Assembly (NCBI GenBank): GCA_021108075.1 | Contig: JAIORP010000206.1 | Location: 831 to 64,830 of the forward strand | Direction of reading: 5' to 3' | DNA length: 64,000 nucleotides | Source: Candidatus Omnitrophota bacterium | Lineage (GTDB): Bacteria; Omnitrophota; Gorgyraeia; Zapsychrales; Zapsychraceae | Shown here: positions 13,401 through 28,400 of the stretch, piece by piece | How positions within the stretch are numbered: the first letter of the stretch is position 1 | Layout: each line of letters begins with the position of its first letter | Translations under genes and position numbers: made by a program | Notes under the pieces: generated by a model | Databases searched by the model: none | What the model saw: only the letters and a program-made list of their open reading frames with translations | Told to the model about the DNA's origin: nothing

Positions 13401-16400
13401 TGTCTCACCTTCGATATAAGACGCCGCCTTCATTGGTAATTGTGTTGTCACATCTGTCAATGGTGCGTCTAATAACCGAATGATAATTTGCGTGACCGGC
13501 GGGGCTCTGGAATCAAAGGCCTCGCCGTAAATAGATGCGATACTCTGTTGCACATCGCTTAAGGCCTCGCCGCGTAAGATCGCCTTGATGACAGCGATTT
13601 CTTGCTCGGCCAACGGGAAGGCTTTTCGGAATAAACTGTCTTGTGCCTGTGTTCCGAATATTATTTGATCCGCTATTGTTTGTGTCTCCTGACGGTTTAA
13701 TGTGCGACAGTTGGCTGCCTGGAGCATGGCCTTGAGTTGGGATTGATCCAGGCTGGAGCCGATCGGCTTTTGCGTCCGCACATCATCAGATGGCCTGGCA
13801 GGATCCTGACCGTCTCTGGCGTCTTTTGTTGTTTCGCGACGGACAGGTAATGTGATACAGTAAGCGGTCTTCTTATCATTTTCCTGTGTTCCGGACCGCA
13901 CGCTGATGTGACCTTGATGTTGCTCAACAATATTCTTAATGATAGCCATGCGTAAGCCCCTGACCGGGTCATCGGCTGTTTGATATTCAGGATTAAACAG
14001 GGTGGATTCGGATGCATCACCGACCATTCTTGCCCCCTCAGCCGTAATGATCACATTATCCTGATCTTCATTTAATGTCATCTTAATGCCTGTCGCCTGC
14101 AAGCCTAATAAGACGAACAGCTGCAATAGTCCTTTATAAGAACCGAAGAATTGAATGGCTTTACCAGGATGGGCATCAATGTCATCTTCATCATCCCGTT
14201 CATCCTCTTGGTCTCCCCAATATGCCTGATCGTTATCGACATCCGTAAAATACCCGCCGGTCATGGACAGGATGACGCTTGCCTGATGTTCGATCTCCCG
14301 GATATCGACCGCCATCCAGTCATTAAGTTCAGCCGGTAAATAACCGTCCGCGGGGTGGCTCATCTCTAAGATAGATAACAGCGCTCTGATTTTCTTGAAC
14401 ATCACGAACATCGGGCTATCGATGATAAACGCTTCCAACTGATCCATGTTATAACGTATTTTGTAAATAAGATTTAACATGCTGTCATTGTACTGACAAT
14501 AAGCCTGTCGCACTTTAACCGTATCTTCCATATCAATCGGGCTGGTAAAGACACCACTCAAACTTTCAGATGAACCTGTGTCAACAGGAACGTCTGTTTT
14601 TGATTTCTTGAAGCGTTCAAACACCGTTGTCAGGTCGACGATCAAGCTCACAACCCGGGCCTTTTGACTCTCCCGTACCAATTGATTGTAGGTCGAGCGG
14701 TACATCAAGCTCTCGTTACCATAACCGGCGACATCAAGGAATAAGTCCGTCAACGCGGTCCAAATTCTCGCCATCTGATCCAGGGAGATCAATGCCGGGG
14801 CTTTGGATCGACTTAAACGCTCTGTGATTCGAGCGTTAACCTTCGCCATCATTGATTCATATTCGTCCAAGAAATATTCAGCCCAGATAGCCGTGCGTTT
14901 GAAGTGACCATTCCATTTATAGAATTCAAACCAGCGCGGCAACATTTTCAAATGTTCATACTCGCCTTCATCAAGGGCCTGGATGCTTAATTCACCAGAC
15001 CGCTCCATCACCTTCATCCTGTTCCATGCGTCAATGGCTTTTCCGACGACGATCATTGATTCTTGATATTCCCGGGGTTCATCTGTTCGCATCCGATTAA
15101 GATCTGTAATGTTTTCTGTTTTATCCCATAATTCTAAATAAGCTAAGATATCTTCCTCTTTCCCGCTGGCCGGCATATCGATTTCAGCTTCTTTCGCAAT
15201 AAATTTCGCGTAAGGATAAAGGTCTCTATCCGGCCGCCGCTCTGATTTCGCTGTTGTAAGCGATGTCACCTTATTGATAACTGTCAATATGCCGAGCATG
15301 GAAACAAATATTTGCCGGTCAACCGTGCGTTTCCAGCCGATCGTCTCGAGCGCCTCTTGCACATTCCGGTCAAAGGCTTTGGTTGAAATCTGATCTTCGG
15401 CCAACAGTTTTAACGTATCTTTATACTCGATCAATTTCGTGATCACTTCAATTTCCTGCGCATTATGACCTCTTGACGTCATGAGTTTATCAAGGATGCC
15501 ATTTACGCGTTGAACCTGTTTTTCAGAAACAACGTCAATGCCGGCCAATTCAGCCGTGTTTTGATAAAGGACAACACTGCGCATCAGGTTAAGATGTTCC
15601 AGTGACAACAACTGGGCTAATCGATTAACAACCGTCCAACCAGCTTTCTTGTAGTATCCAAAACTCATATCATCCAACAACTGCAATGCCCAAACAATAA
15701 AGTCAGACCGGCGATATTTCAGATTTAACTCTGGGGCTGCTGAATAGTTGACACTTAAAACCTGGTCGTTTAATGGCTGGCAAACACGAGCAGCATCACT
15801 CAAATCATCCAGGTATTGCTGAACTAAACTGGCATAGTTCGAAACAGGCGCCGCCGGTATTGCCGGGGTTCGTTCAAATAACGGCACCATCATTTGAGTT
15901 AATAACCGGGCTAAGGCGGAGAACGACCAGTGTTCAATTCCCAGTTGATAATTGTGTTCAACCATGTCGCTGATGGCCTGCGGATCATTCAATAAATGAA
16001 CAACTTCTGTCGCGGTCTGAACCAGACGCTCACGAACTCTCTGACCGCCTTTCGCGAGTTCTGCCGGACTGATATCACACTCAATACATTCCGGTCCTTT
16101 CGGCATGATGTCCGTGATATAAATCCAGTACTTATAAACGAGGATAGGAACTTTATGATACACCGCTTCCAACCAGGCATTGCCCCAACCTTCCCAGGAG
16201 CTGGTATACAGGACCATGCCGCGGTTACCGATCTTTGCAGCTTCATAGGCCTCGGCCAATGTGAATTCATAACTGTCATCTTCACCGATGATGCCCTTGC
16301 CATCGTTGTGTTCACCCGCGTCCCAGATCTTTAATCCTTTAGCACGATACTTCGCCTTTAAGTCTTCCCAGTATTTCGCATCTTCATCCGAGGCCCCGCC

Positions 16401-19400
16401 GTGGGTGATAACGGCATACGGTTGTTTGCCTTCCTTCTGCATCATCTGCGCGACAATCAATTCAAGCTCAAATGAAAGTTCGAGATATTTTCTGGCGACC
16501 GGGCGGACAGGCCGTAATAACATATAACCTTTGCCTGACCCGATACCCAATTCTTTCTCGATTCGTTTGCGCAACTTCCTGGCCCCATACAGGCTGACCA
16601 TATGTGGTTTGGTCAGATCTTCTGCATTAACGACCTTTTCAAAGAACCGGATCCAGGACTTCGGCATCCAGGTTGTTTCCGGTGCCTGATCAAAATCCAT
16701 CACATTCGGTAAGACCGTTGATTCAACACCATAAAGACGTCGTAATTTTTCATACTGAACGATATTGATAACACCCGTGGCTAACAGCTTATGGTTCAGC
16801 TTAATAAATCGTTCTAAATACTTAATCAAGTCGATCCGCCCGAGTTCTTTAGCGAATTCTCTTTCCATTCGGGAAATGTCATGTTTCCAGTCGATCGTCT
16901 TAATGTTCAGTTCTTCGATCACTTCAACCACAGCCAGGCCGAATGGTATGTTGCGGGCGTAAGCCAGAATGTTTTGTGTGACGATGAAATCGATGTTATT
17001 CGCTAAGATGAAGGCTTTCAGATCGGCCTTGATCTTATCTTTATAGAACTCGATCAGGAGTTTGTCTGTTTCTGAAATTTCTTCATTGTTAAAAACGCGG
17101 TCCATTATGGAGACAAGTTGGTTATTGTCCATGTCACCTTTCACGCGTTTAAAGTGGGCTAACGGGAATGTGTGGACTTGTTCTGCCGTCATACCAACAC
17201 CCGGAGTCGATTCGCCAGAATAATAGAAACTAAACGGATCACGGTCTTTCATGGTCGGGTAAATTTGACGTAAGAGACCGACAAAAATCTTACGAACCTT
17301 GTCATTCTCTAAGGTCACCCCGTCTGTTCCGCTTAAACGGTAAGAAATGTAAAGGATATTTCTCATCTGATGTTGTTTGAATAGTTTTAATAACGCGCTG
17401 TAACCGGTTTCAACACCATCGATCACCTGGCGTAATAACTCAGGGATATGCCCGTTGCGGCTTATTTCCTCGCGGACAGTATCATTTTCATATGGCTGGA
17501 ACTGCATGACAACACCGGAAATGACTTGCGCCATCTTGCGGGACCATTCTAAGAGCGACTCTAATTCTTTAATTCTATAAATCAGATGCGCGCTGTTGCG
17601 AATTTGATCGAATTTTTTTCGATCCCAATCTTCCGCACGCATCAAGTGCGGTAATGTTCGACCATGGATCAATTGAGCCCTTAATTCATACAGTTCACGA
17701 AGACCTTCTTCATATCGTGAACCGTGTCTGTACAGCATTCCCTTCCATTTCTTCAAGTTCGCTTTTTCATTTTTGAATGTTAAGAAGCCGGCAACCGCGT
17801 CAAATTCATTTGGAACCGGTTGGTCACCTAAAATTTCTCTTAAGCGGCTGACAGCGATCTTTGGCTCTTCAAAGATGTTTGTCGTCACACGGATATCAAC
17901 GTATGTCAGGAGTCCCAGTAAGCGGAAGAATCGGTTACGCAATAAGAAATACGCCCTCGCATCTTCATAAGAGGTCAGCATCGCCGCGGCTCTTCTTTCA
18001 TATTGTTGTAAAAATTCAGAGAAACTGATCCTGTTTTCCAGGACATCTCTGGCATACGGCAGCATGACCAGCAAGGCCTGCACGAGCACGATATCAAACG
18101 GCATATACGTAACCGTTGGATTTAAGCGTTGCAAGACCCCTTGAATAACGGGTCGGCTGTTCAATGCTGATAACCGGTCGGACTGATCGTTAAACATGTG
18201 ATACAGGTTAAATGCTGAACGAATGATATATTCACTCTTTGGTAAAATCGTTTTAGCATAAACTTGCATGAACTCAAATCCCTGCTTGCGGCTCGCACCA
18301 TTTCCGTTTCCATTGACGGATTTAAATTTTTCCGCGCCGTTATTAAGCAAGGAAGTAAACAGACCGTTGCCCGCGGCTAATACCTGATAATCGGTATAAA
18401 GCCGGCCTTCCATCAAGGTCGTAATCAGCGTTTTATCCCCATCGTCTGCAACCTGGTCTAATATATCGACGAGCCACACTAAGAATTCATTGTCGATTTC
18501 TAAGCGGGAACCAAAATTGACAAATCGCATACCGCGGATATTCAAGTCTTGAACAACGACAACTTCCGGCTGAATAAATTGATTAACGTACGGCGTGATA
18601 TAATTCTTCAAGACCCTGGTGAGGCGCATGTCGTCTAATGGCTGTTGTGTTTCCCTGTTCGTCAGATGAGCATCAGAGGATAAGAGATCCTTCGCATCAA
18701 AACTCATCCTGGCGTAAGCCATGCGGTTGGATACCGATAAGTCTGTCATCTGTTGACAGTCCCGGGCCATCCCTTTACGTAATGTCTGCCATAAAACTGT
18801 TCGGAATTGTTGTTTAACGGCCTGCCATTGAGCGCTCGAGAGGAATTGTCTGACCAAACGTTGGATGCCCCATACTACCGCAACGATTAGGACGATGGAA
18901 ATGATCCCGGCGACAACCGGGTTATCGGCTAATACTGTCAGATAGGCCATGGCAATCGTTACGGATCCCGCTTCAAATAATGTTGTACCTGTCTCGTCAG
19001 AGCCTTGCGATGCATCCTGTTTCAGAACTTGCCTGACCATTAAATCTGATGTCGCTTTTAATTTTGCTTCACTGTCTCCCATCGTGCTTAAAAAACGGAC
19101 ATCGGTATGTTCACCGGATTGATCTTTTAATGTGTCCGTTAAGTAACCTGACATGACCGACCATACCGCTTTCATCACCTGATCTGTCTGCTCACGTTTT
19201 GCCGTTACCATTACTTTCCAATCAAAGGCTCTGGCAACGTAGACGCCGCCTTTGTCCACATCATAATCGTAGTATGGAGCAAACTCCGCCATTTGACGCA
19301 ATATGTTGCTGCCAGCCATTTCATTCAGGGCAACATCAATTCTGAAGAATTCCTTATTATTTTTATCGATCGCGGCTAAAAATATTTGGATATCCAATTT

Positions 19401-22400
19401 CTCCCGCATGACTTTGGCGAAATCAATCAGGACAAAGAACGGTCTGTAGTGCATATAGAATGTGGCCGGCACCTTAAAGGTGTATGTCAATTGATCAGCA
19501 TCTGTTTGAATAGCAACATTTTCAAAACAAACCGTTTGCCTTACTGCTTGCTCATGCGCGGCATCCTTTGCTGTTGATTGAACGGTTGCTGATGATGGCT
19601 CGCCGGTAGCGATAGGTTTGAATTGTTTAATACGTTCGTCCGGATCATATTTATATAAGGCTTGATGCAAGAAAGAAATGATATTTTGAATTTCCTGATG
19701 AGATGATTCGGCAATGAAATGCGGAAGTTCACTGTCTGTCAAAATAAGTTTGAGAACATCAATGGTGAGTTCCATATCTTCTGTTGACCAGGCGCCTTGA
19801 TTGATCAAGGCAATGCGCAGGGCTGTTCCTTCAACGAAACGCTTCCTCCAAATGGAACCGAACTCTAATTTCTCTTGTGTCACAATATTGTAAATCTCTA
19901 AGACCATACCCATGTTATTCAAGTGCCCGGCAATATTTAATGTGAATAAATCATCGATGGTCTTCGAGAAAGTGTAAGGGATGTTGACCATCCTTTGAAC
20001 GCGGTTAAATGTCCGCGTTTGTTGCGCCAGGAAATCATCCATGCGGGCTTCATTAACATTGTCTGAGACATTAAATATGCTGACAGCGCCGATTTCATGG
20101 ATCAAGCTGGCAGCTATTTGAAGCGGTGTTAAATATTGTCGGTATTCAAGATAATCCGAATGGTTGGAAAGAACGATGTATTCTGTGCCTTCATGGGCGC
20201 AAACGGTTGCCAGAAAACCTTTGAGTGGTCCGGCTCGGACATGTCCGGCGTTGATCATCGCTTCTAAACGGTCAGCCATATTGTTTTTATTGATCGCTCT
20301 TAAGTAAGTCAATGCGAATTCTTTGACGATCTTAACATCAACGATGTCTTTAAGCGCATCAAAGGCAGACCAAACATAACGTTCAACTTCAGCGTCACGT
20401 TGTTGTTTGGTTGGCGCTGAGAGGTCCGGATGTTTGCGGGCAATGTCTACTCTGGTATTGTAATAATACGATAACCAGATCCAGTTCTTATATTGTTGTT
20501 CACGGGAGGCAACCTTTTTACCCGTCTTCCTTAACACGGATCCAAAAGGATTCAATGGGAATATCCAGGAAATGAAGACTTTCAACAGGCCATTAATATC
20601 ACTATCATAATCCCCGGTCACCCATCGACTTCTCGGTTGCTCGGCAGGTCCGGTTGAAAAATCAATAATGTAAATTTTCTTTTCTCTCGTTATAAATAGA
20701 TGTTCTACTTTAACATCACCATGAATAATTCCCAGGTCATGATTCAGGCGTCGATAAGCATCTCCTATTTTCCTGACGAGTTCTTCCTCATTCTCAATAA
20801 AGAATCGAACCCAAGAGCTATTCCCATGCAGTTCAGCCAAGGATATGCTGTCTTCTATTCCCTTCATAATGAGGACATCCGAAAGAATAAGACTTTCAGG
20901 CGCTATGCCTGCCCTCGATGCTCTTAGCGTCAATTGATATTCCAGCTCAGTCGCGTTTCCTGAAGGAGCTGTAAAGTTCTTAAATTTAAAATAAAGAGTC
21001 TTTTCACCACTATCCGTTTTCAGTGTTGCCCTGACAACCCAGCCTGAAAGCGTTGCTTCTTCTCTGACGATTTCCAGTGCTAATGCGGTTATCGATTGAA
21101 CGCCGAGGAAGTCTTTCAATAATGCTTTGTTGATAAAGATGGACCGTATCTTTTCTTTAACGTCATCATGCCAGGATATAGGGGAATCATTAATAGCCTG
21201 CCCGAGTAGAACGCTTTCGGCATCGACGGTTGTTTCTCCCGCCAACCATCGTTGCGTGCGCGCTTCATTCTCTTCATCTGTTAGATTGAACTCGCTGACC
21301 GCGCCGATTTCATGGATCACGCTGGCCGCGATTTGAAGCTCTGTTACGTATTCAGCGTAAGCCGTTGAAATAAGGATGTATTCCGTTCCGTCTTTCTCAT
21401 AGATAGTGGCCAGGAAGCCTGCCAGCGGTCCGGCGCGGACTTGACGCGCGGCTAACATGCCTCTTAACCTGACGGCCATCTCTTCTTCACCCGCAACCCT
21501 CAACGCCGTCTCTAACACAACTTCCATTGAGGCGATATCAACATATTGGTCGATGCTGATAAAGTCCGTATCCCAGTTCAACGCTTCAACAGCGGCATCA
21601 CGCTGTTCTTTGCCCGGTTCAGGAAGATCAGGGTGACGGCGGGCGAGATCTTTTCTGCTATCGTTAACATTGGAATCATCAGGCATCGTATCTTGTCCGG
21701 ATTGATCTTCTCTAATGTTTATTTTTACCCTGATGTCTTTTTCAGCGGACGATTTTAATATAAAGATAGACGTCAATTTCTCGCTAAATTTAATGATGGC
21801 GACAATAATTCTTGGACGCTCTTTAGGGTGAACAACGGGAACAACCTGTTCATGCTGCTTTCTGTCGCGCGCGAATTGCAACTCACTTTCAGGCGCGTAA
21901 AGCATCAGGATGGCATTCATTCCGTCATAGCGTCCTTTTTCTATTTCCCCAAGGCTCCATTGAACCGCGCCATTATGTTCGTGGAACCCTCTAGCTGTTA
22001 CCGGGCTGTATGTCGCGAGGTATGGAATTCTTTCACGTTTTGTTTGTTCGGCTTGAGTGAGGACCAATCCACGGGCCAATCCTCTAACCGGTTTGCCGCC
22101 AACGAGATAATAATCACGTCTTTCTTCAGATATTAACTTGACATTCGGCGCTCCAAGGGCGAAATTAAAGCGTGCGTTTGCCTTTTGATCGACGCTGCCT
22201 TCTAATGTAAAATTATTGGTTAACGCGTGAACGCTGGCAAAGAACCCGGCCGTACCAGTTTGACCGCCGGTAAGCTCTTGCGTTCTAATAATGTTAATAA
22301 TTTCCGGTGTTAAGTACTTCTCCACGCTCCAGATCAAGGCTCCCAGAAACACGCGTTTGGTTTCTTTATCGATAACCTGAGCAACGACGATGCCTTTTGC

Positions 22401-25400
22401 GTTATGTTGAATAGCACTTCTTAACTGATCAACCGTCACTGTCTCTTGCGGGGTTGTTATCCAGGCATCATTGTGAACGGCTGTTAATTCTTCAGCCTCT
22501 TGTGTGACGGCCCAACGGTATAGAACATACGCATCATCACGTTCATCAACCTTGAAGAAAATTAACTGATCGGCAGGGATAAACCATTTGTAACCAAAGT
22601 GTCTGCGGACAAAACGTCTTAAATTGGAAGGAATAACGTTACGCGGGATGCAAAGTTTTGGCATTGGCGTTCCGACCCTGAGATGTTCGACACGTCTCGC
22701 GTTGTATTGTTCAATGACCTGGTCCCACGTTCCTCTAATGATATAGCGACGAGACAGGAGATAACCGCCAATGCCGATGACAATGGCGCCGACGATCGCA
22801 CCGGCCATCGTCCAGACAAGGCTGCTGATTTCTATGACTGCGCCTGACTGCGCAATAGCGTTGACGTCTTGAGCCTGTGCAACATTCGTGATACCGAACA
22901 AGACCGCGCCTATGCCAAGCATTGCAAATAATACGGATACCAGTGTGAATCCACCTTGAGCATTCTCTGGACAGGATCCTGGTGTTTTAAAAGTTGTGTC
23001 TTCTTCGTCAAATCCCTTTCTGGATATGCTTAAAAATTTGAAGCCTTTGATTGTATCTTCAACCTCACCCTTGGCTGTGACTATTTGGCTGTCAAGCGAT
23101 GTATCGCGTGCAGCCCGTGTTTGGACGCTTGAGAGGAACTCTCTTTCGCGTTCGGCATTCGTCTCATCCGTTAGATTGAACTCGCTGACCGCGCCGATTT
23201 CATGGATCAAGCTGGCCGCGATTTGAAGCTCTGTTACGTATTCAGCGTAAGCCGTTGAGATAAGGATGTATTCCGTTCCGTCTTTCTCATAGACAGTGGC
23301 CAGGAAGCCTGCCAGCGGTCCGGCGCGGACTTGACGCGCGGCTAACATGCCTCTTAACCTGACGGCCATCTCTTCTTCACCCGCAACCCTCAACGCCGTC
23401 TCTAACACAACTTCCATTGAGGCGATATCAACATATTGGTCGATGCTGATAAAGTCCGTATCCCAGTTCAACGCTTCAACAGCGGCATCACGCTGTTCTT
23501 TGCCCGGTTCAGGAAGATCAGGGTGACGGCGGGCGAGATCATCTTTATCTATCAGCTTAAAGAAATTCAGAATGGAGGTTAACGATCGCGTTAAGAACAC
23601 AAATGGTTTTCCGCTCCTGGCCTCTTCTTCGGAGATATCACCGATCACAAACGGAATATTTTCTAATAACTGTGAAGCGATTGTTTGATATTGCGCGGCC
23701 ACTTCTCTTTCTTCCCTGCCGTTCATGGCTTGTTCTAATAATACGATTTTCATGTCAACGCCCATTTCAAAAATAATCTTGAGAAGGACTTCGTAGATGC
23801 CGGCTAAGCAGTCATAACTCATGCCGCCTGTAATTATTACTGTGTTCATGCCTTTCGCCAACAGGTGCTTCACTTCCTCGCGCAGCATGTTCTCTTCCGC
23901 TTCCATCGCCTGCTGCTTAACACGGATGATCAGGTCGGCCTCTTCAGCGGTATATCCCTGCGTCTCAAAAATCTCCGGCGTCATCGTAAGTTTCTTCCAG
24001 AAATACTTATTAAACTTTTTCTCATAGAATAGATATCCATATTTTTCCAGTTTTACCAGCAAGGCACCTGACAAGACGCCTGGTGCTGTTGGACCATAAC
24101 CATATGAAACGCCCAATTTAATTTGTCGGCATGGAATATCCCGTGATCTTAACAGTTCTAACAATTCTTCCTCGGCATTAAAAGACTCGAAGTCATGATC
24201 TTTAACCGTCAGGATCGCCACCTTGGGCCGGTCAGAGGAAGCGGCCGCATCTTCCCGGGCCGGTGTCGTTCCTGTCGAGCGGCGGCGGGCGATACTGTCT
24301 TCGAAACGGTCTAACATAAAGGAACGGATATCGGCTAATCTTTCAAGCACGGTGACTTCAGCCTGGCGGAATTTCATCAATGGATGGTCCTCAACATATT
24401 TTGTCCGGACATCAAACCGGTCACTTCCCCAAATAGCTTTTACTGGCAAGACAATATGGAGGTCAGCATTATTTTCAAAAATATAATAAACAATAACCTG
24501 ATATAACGACAGGAGACAATCATCGCAAACACCGCCGGTTAATATAATTGTCTTTATTCCGTCCTCGACGATCTGGTCAAGTATCGTTCTGACCTGTCGC
24601 GCTTCTTCTTCCAACGCGGCTGTTCTTATTCTTAAGACGAACTCAGCCTCTTCTTTTGTATAACCCCTGACAAGCAACCATTTCTCGGTTAAGTCAAACT
24701 TGCTCCAGTAGTAATGGTTCAACTTATTCTCGTAGCCTAACAGGTCGTCATTATCTAAACGTTCAGCTAATTCTTTCGGGATGGCATCAACGGATGTTTT
24801 ACCAAATCCGAATGAATCAGCAACCTCAATATGCTCATAAGAAACGCCTTCTTCTTTTAAGAGGTTAAATATCCTTGATTCAAAAACAATCGCTTTACGG
24901 TCATAATCGGTAACACTCAAAACGGCCACGTCTTTTTCACCAAATTGCGTCGCTGTGTCAGGAGAGCAGAACCAGCCGGATTCCTGCAATTTCTCCGCTT
25001 GATTAAGATAAGACGCTGTCACCATCGAAGATGTCGCGATGTATAAGGCGCGGATCAATTCCTGGGCCGGGTTAGAACCGCTGAATTCACCAAGATCGCG
25101 GCTGTTGATAGTCAGGCGAACGTCACCCTGCGTTGGAATGTCATAAGTTGCCTTGTTATGATCCCACGGGATATAACTCAAGTTCGGCGGATATCTTAAG
25201 ACATCGGCAGGATAGACGACCGTCGGAACATTTTCTTCTTTAATGCCTGAAATGTACGCGTCGGATAAGAAATAAGCGACTTGCCGGGCGACAGAAGCGA
25301 TATTGAGATCAAGCGGGCATGTCAGATCCACACGTCCGACATAAACTTGCTGGCTTAACTCAAAAATCAGCTTCAATCCTTTTTGCAGGAATGTGTCATC

Positions 25401-28400
25401 CAGTTGATTTTCTTTAATAAAATCCAATTGATTAACTCTTTGGGCATAGGTCGCCAGGATGATAATGTGCGAGACCAGAATGTCGCCTAAGAAGGCCGAA
25501 CTGATATAATTATAAACTTGAGCAACATCGTTATTGGTCATGCGCAACAATTGGCCGATACGTGAATCAAAAATTTGACGGCGGTCTTTACGTAAAATCA
25601 ATTCATCGATAAAGTAAACCTTGGCTAAGTCGGCCATACCCGTCAGGCGCATGTTTGGATAAAGGCTGGCCGCGGTCACGTCGCGGATAGTCCCTGTTGA
25701 AGGTCTGTTAACGCGGCGAGGATCAACTTCCACCATCCAATCCCAGGCGCGCTCATCTCTCATTTCATGGAAGAGTTCAATCATTTCCGTATCAAACAGG
25801 CCGTGTTGTGCCATAACCAGGCGGTCATTGATATTGACCTGCAGGGCCTTCAGGAATGTCTCCCGCTTCAAGCTCGGATCATTTAAATAGGTGTAATAAG
25901 GATTCCATGCGGTATCGAATGCTCCGATTTCTTCCGTGGCTTGCTTCAGGTCAACTTCATACATCATAAAGATATAATATCCATCAATGAGTTTAACGGT
26001 TAAGTCCCCTTTTTGTGTCTTTAATGATTCCATGACCTCGACCATCGATGGCGGCATGCCCTCCCGGGATATCTTACCGAGTTTGATGCGTCCGGTTGGA
26101 TAATAACCCTGCAAGGCCCATTCTTGTGATGTTTTCTTGGCCTTGATGTATTGCATCATATTAAATTCATCCGCTAAGTCGCTAAAGGATTCATTCTCTT
26201 TGTTTATTTTAGCCATATAAATTTTATCTTCCGACCGGAATTCCAACGTGCGTCCATAGGCCTTTTTCTCAAAGGACGCGACCATCACAACCTGATCACT
26301 TTCTTGCTCCACGAGGACAGATTCGTCATACCTGTTTCTTACCATAATATATCCCGGGATTTGATCAATATCCGCGTCTGTCCATTCTTCTTTCTTCGGC
26401 AAGTCCGATGGCTTATGGACAATGACCGCCGGGACCTGTTTAAATAAATCATGCATGATGTCCTGGTAGTTATGAGAAGCTTGTCCGTCCCGGTAAATCT
26501 CAAATATCTTTAGGATCAATGACTTAACGCCCTGACGGTATTCGGAAATAACGGTCTTAATCTTTGCCGCAATCCCGTCAGTCACGTCTCCGACGAATGA
26601 CAACGCTTTTGACTTCATGGAAACAAATGACGCTTCGATAATATCCTGTCGGGTCCTGGCATGATAAAGCAGGATATGGTCAATGGTCTCTACCATAAAT
26701 TGTAATAAGGCTTCGTATGCTTCCATATTGTTCTCTTCATATTTGCGAACCAGCTCATCCAGGCCATAGACATGCAGGTTAATACCGACACCGGAAATGT
26801 CTTCATATAGCCGTATAATCATTCTGTCATCACCCTTTGATTGAGATGTGACGCGGAATGTCGTGTCTTCGAGGCCATCACGCATGAGTTCTGCTGAATG
26901 GCTGAACAGCTGTGTCAACTGATACCAGCGCTGGTCATCGAATAAATGATGCTTGCTGCCTTCTAAAATAAATTTCTTAATCGATCCGACGCTTAACGGA
27001 TAGTCAAAATAACGGCCGGAGTTATAAGCCTTTACAGACTCTTCGGGAATAATATTTTCTTCGGTGTCGAATTCATTAATTTTTTCCTGTCGTCCGGTAT
27101 AACGCGCGTGTAACTCAATCTGACCCGCGCTTATAATGATGAGGTTCAACTGGCTGAAACCGTTTAAGACGTGAATATGTCCTAACACAGTCGGTGTTAA
27201 GACTTCAAGAGGAATGGTCATGCGGTATCTGAAAATGAACGACCGTAAACTTTCGAGGTAGGCCGCTCTGCTCGCCTTCAATGTTTCCGTGTCTGGCAGA
27301 TTGGCTTGTTCATTGAGTGAATGATAATTGCTCTTTAAGCTTCTCACATTCATTAACATTTCGGCATCGACTTTCAGAGAGCTGGTGACGATATAATCCG
27401 CGACCTTTTCTAACGTCGAAATATTTTTCACTTCCGAAACGATTTCCTGGACTTGAATGTCAGAAGCACGGTACATCTCAACAATCATTCTGATCAGATC
27501 GGTGTTCAATCCGCGGGCCTGATAATCCGCTGATATCTCTGTTTGATGGATTTGAAGACGAATACCCTGCGCTAAAGTAACAACAGAAACTCGCTTAAAG
27601 CCGACGTCCTGCCCTATATCCATTCTGTATATTTTCGGCTCATCTTCCTGGCTCACGTTTAAGACGTATTCATTGCCGTCCTTATCTGTTACGTGTTGAC
27701 CGGTCAGATTTAACAAAATTTCTTCTTCGTAAGAGAGCTTGAATTTGTTTTCGATCTCATGTAATAACGGCAATTCATATTGTCGAAAAATTTGTTCTTC
27801 AAGGTCATACAATGCCTTGACTTCAAATCGGACACGCATGCGCTTAAATTGTTCAGCGAAGGAGCGCGGGTTGCCAAACCTCGCTTGTTGATAATATTCT
27901 TCAGCGCTGACGTCAACGTTCATATCAGCGCGCCAATCTTCTAATCCTGCGTCGATATTATTTAAGTCAACCGGAATGCTTGTATGAACCCAGTTATCCG
28001 TGATTTCCAAATTCTCTTTAACAGACATGCTTGATAACGCCTTCTCTCCCATGACCAAACCATTAATAATGGAACGGAAAACAACCGATCCCCGCGCGAT
28101 CTTCGCGGCAGCTAACGTGCTGTCAATGATAACCGCGCCTTCAATGTCATTCTTTCCATAGATCGTGGTGTTAATAATCGTGCTGTTGCGGATTGAACCG
28201 TCTTGCGGAACATCAGAATTAACCAGACGGTTGCCAAATTGATCCGGCTGAACATCTTCGATATAAGCGAGTATACGGGCGAATTCCCCTTCATTGCTAT
28301 CTTCATTAACAAGATAATACGTATCACGCGCTTTGGTCAATTGACCAATTTCACCCCAGAACAATTCATGACCAAAATCAATAACTTTGATATTCATTGG

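Noticed and set aside
23604-23640. Candidate P-loop or Walker A motifs (EEARSGKPF at 23.6 kb; a GYGKT-like stretch seen at ~25.9 kb by fast translation only).
   Set aside because: They do not fit G-x-x-x-x-GK(S/T) in context (GKP, or lacking the upstream glycine spacing). No convincing NTPase motif was found in the regions examined.
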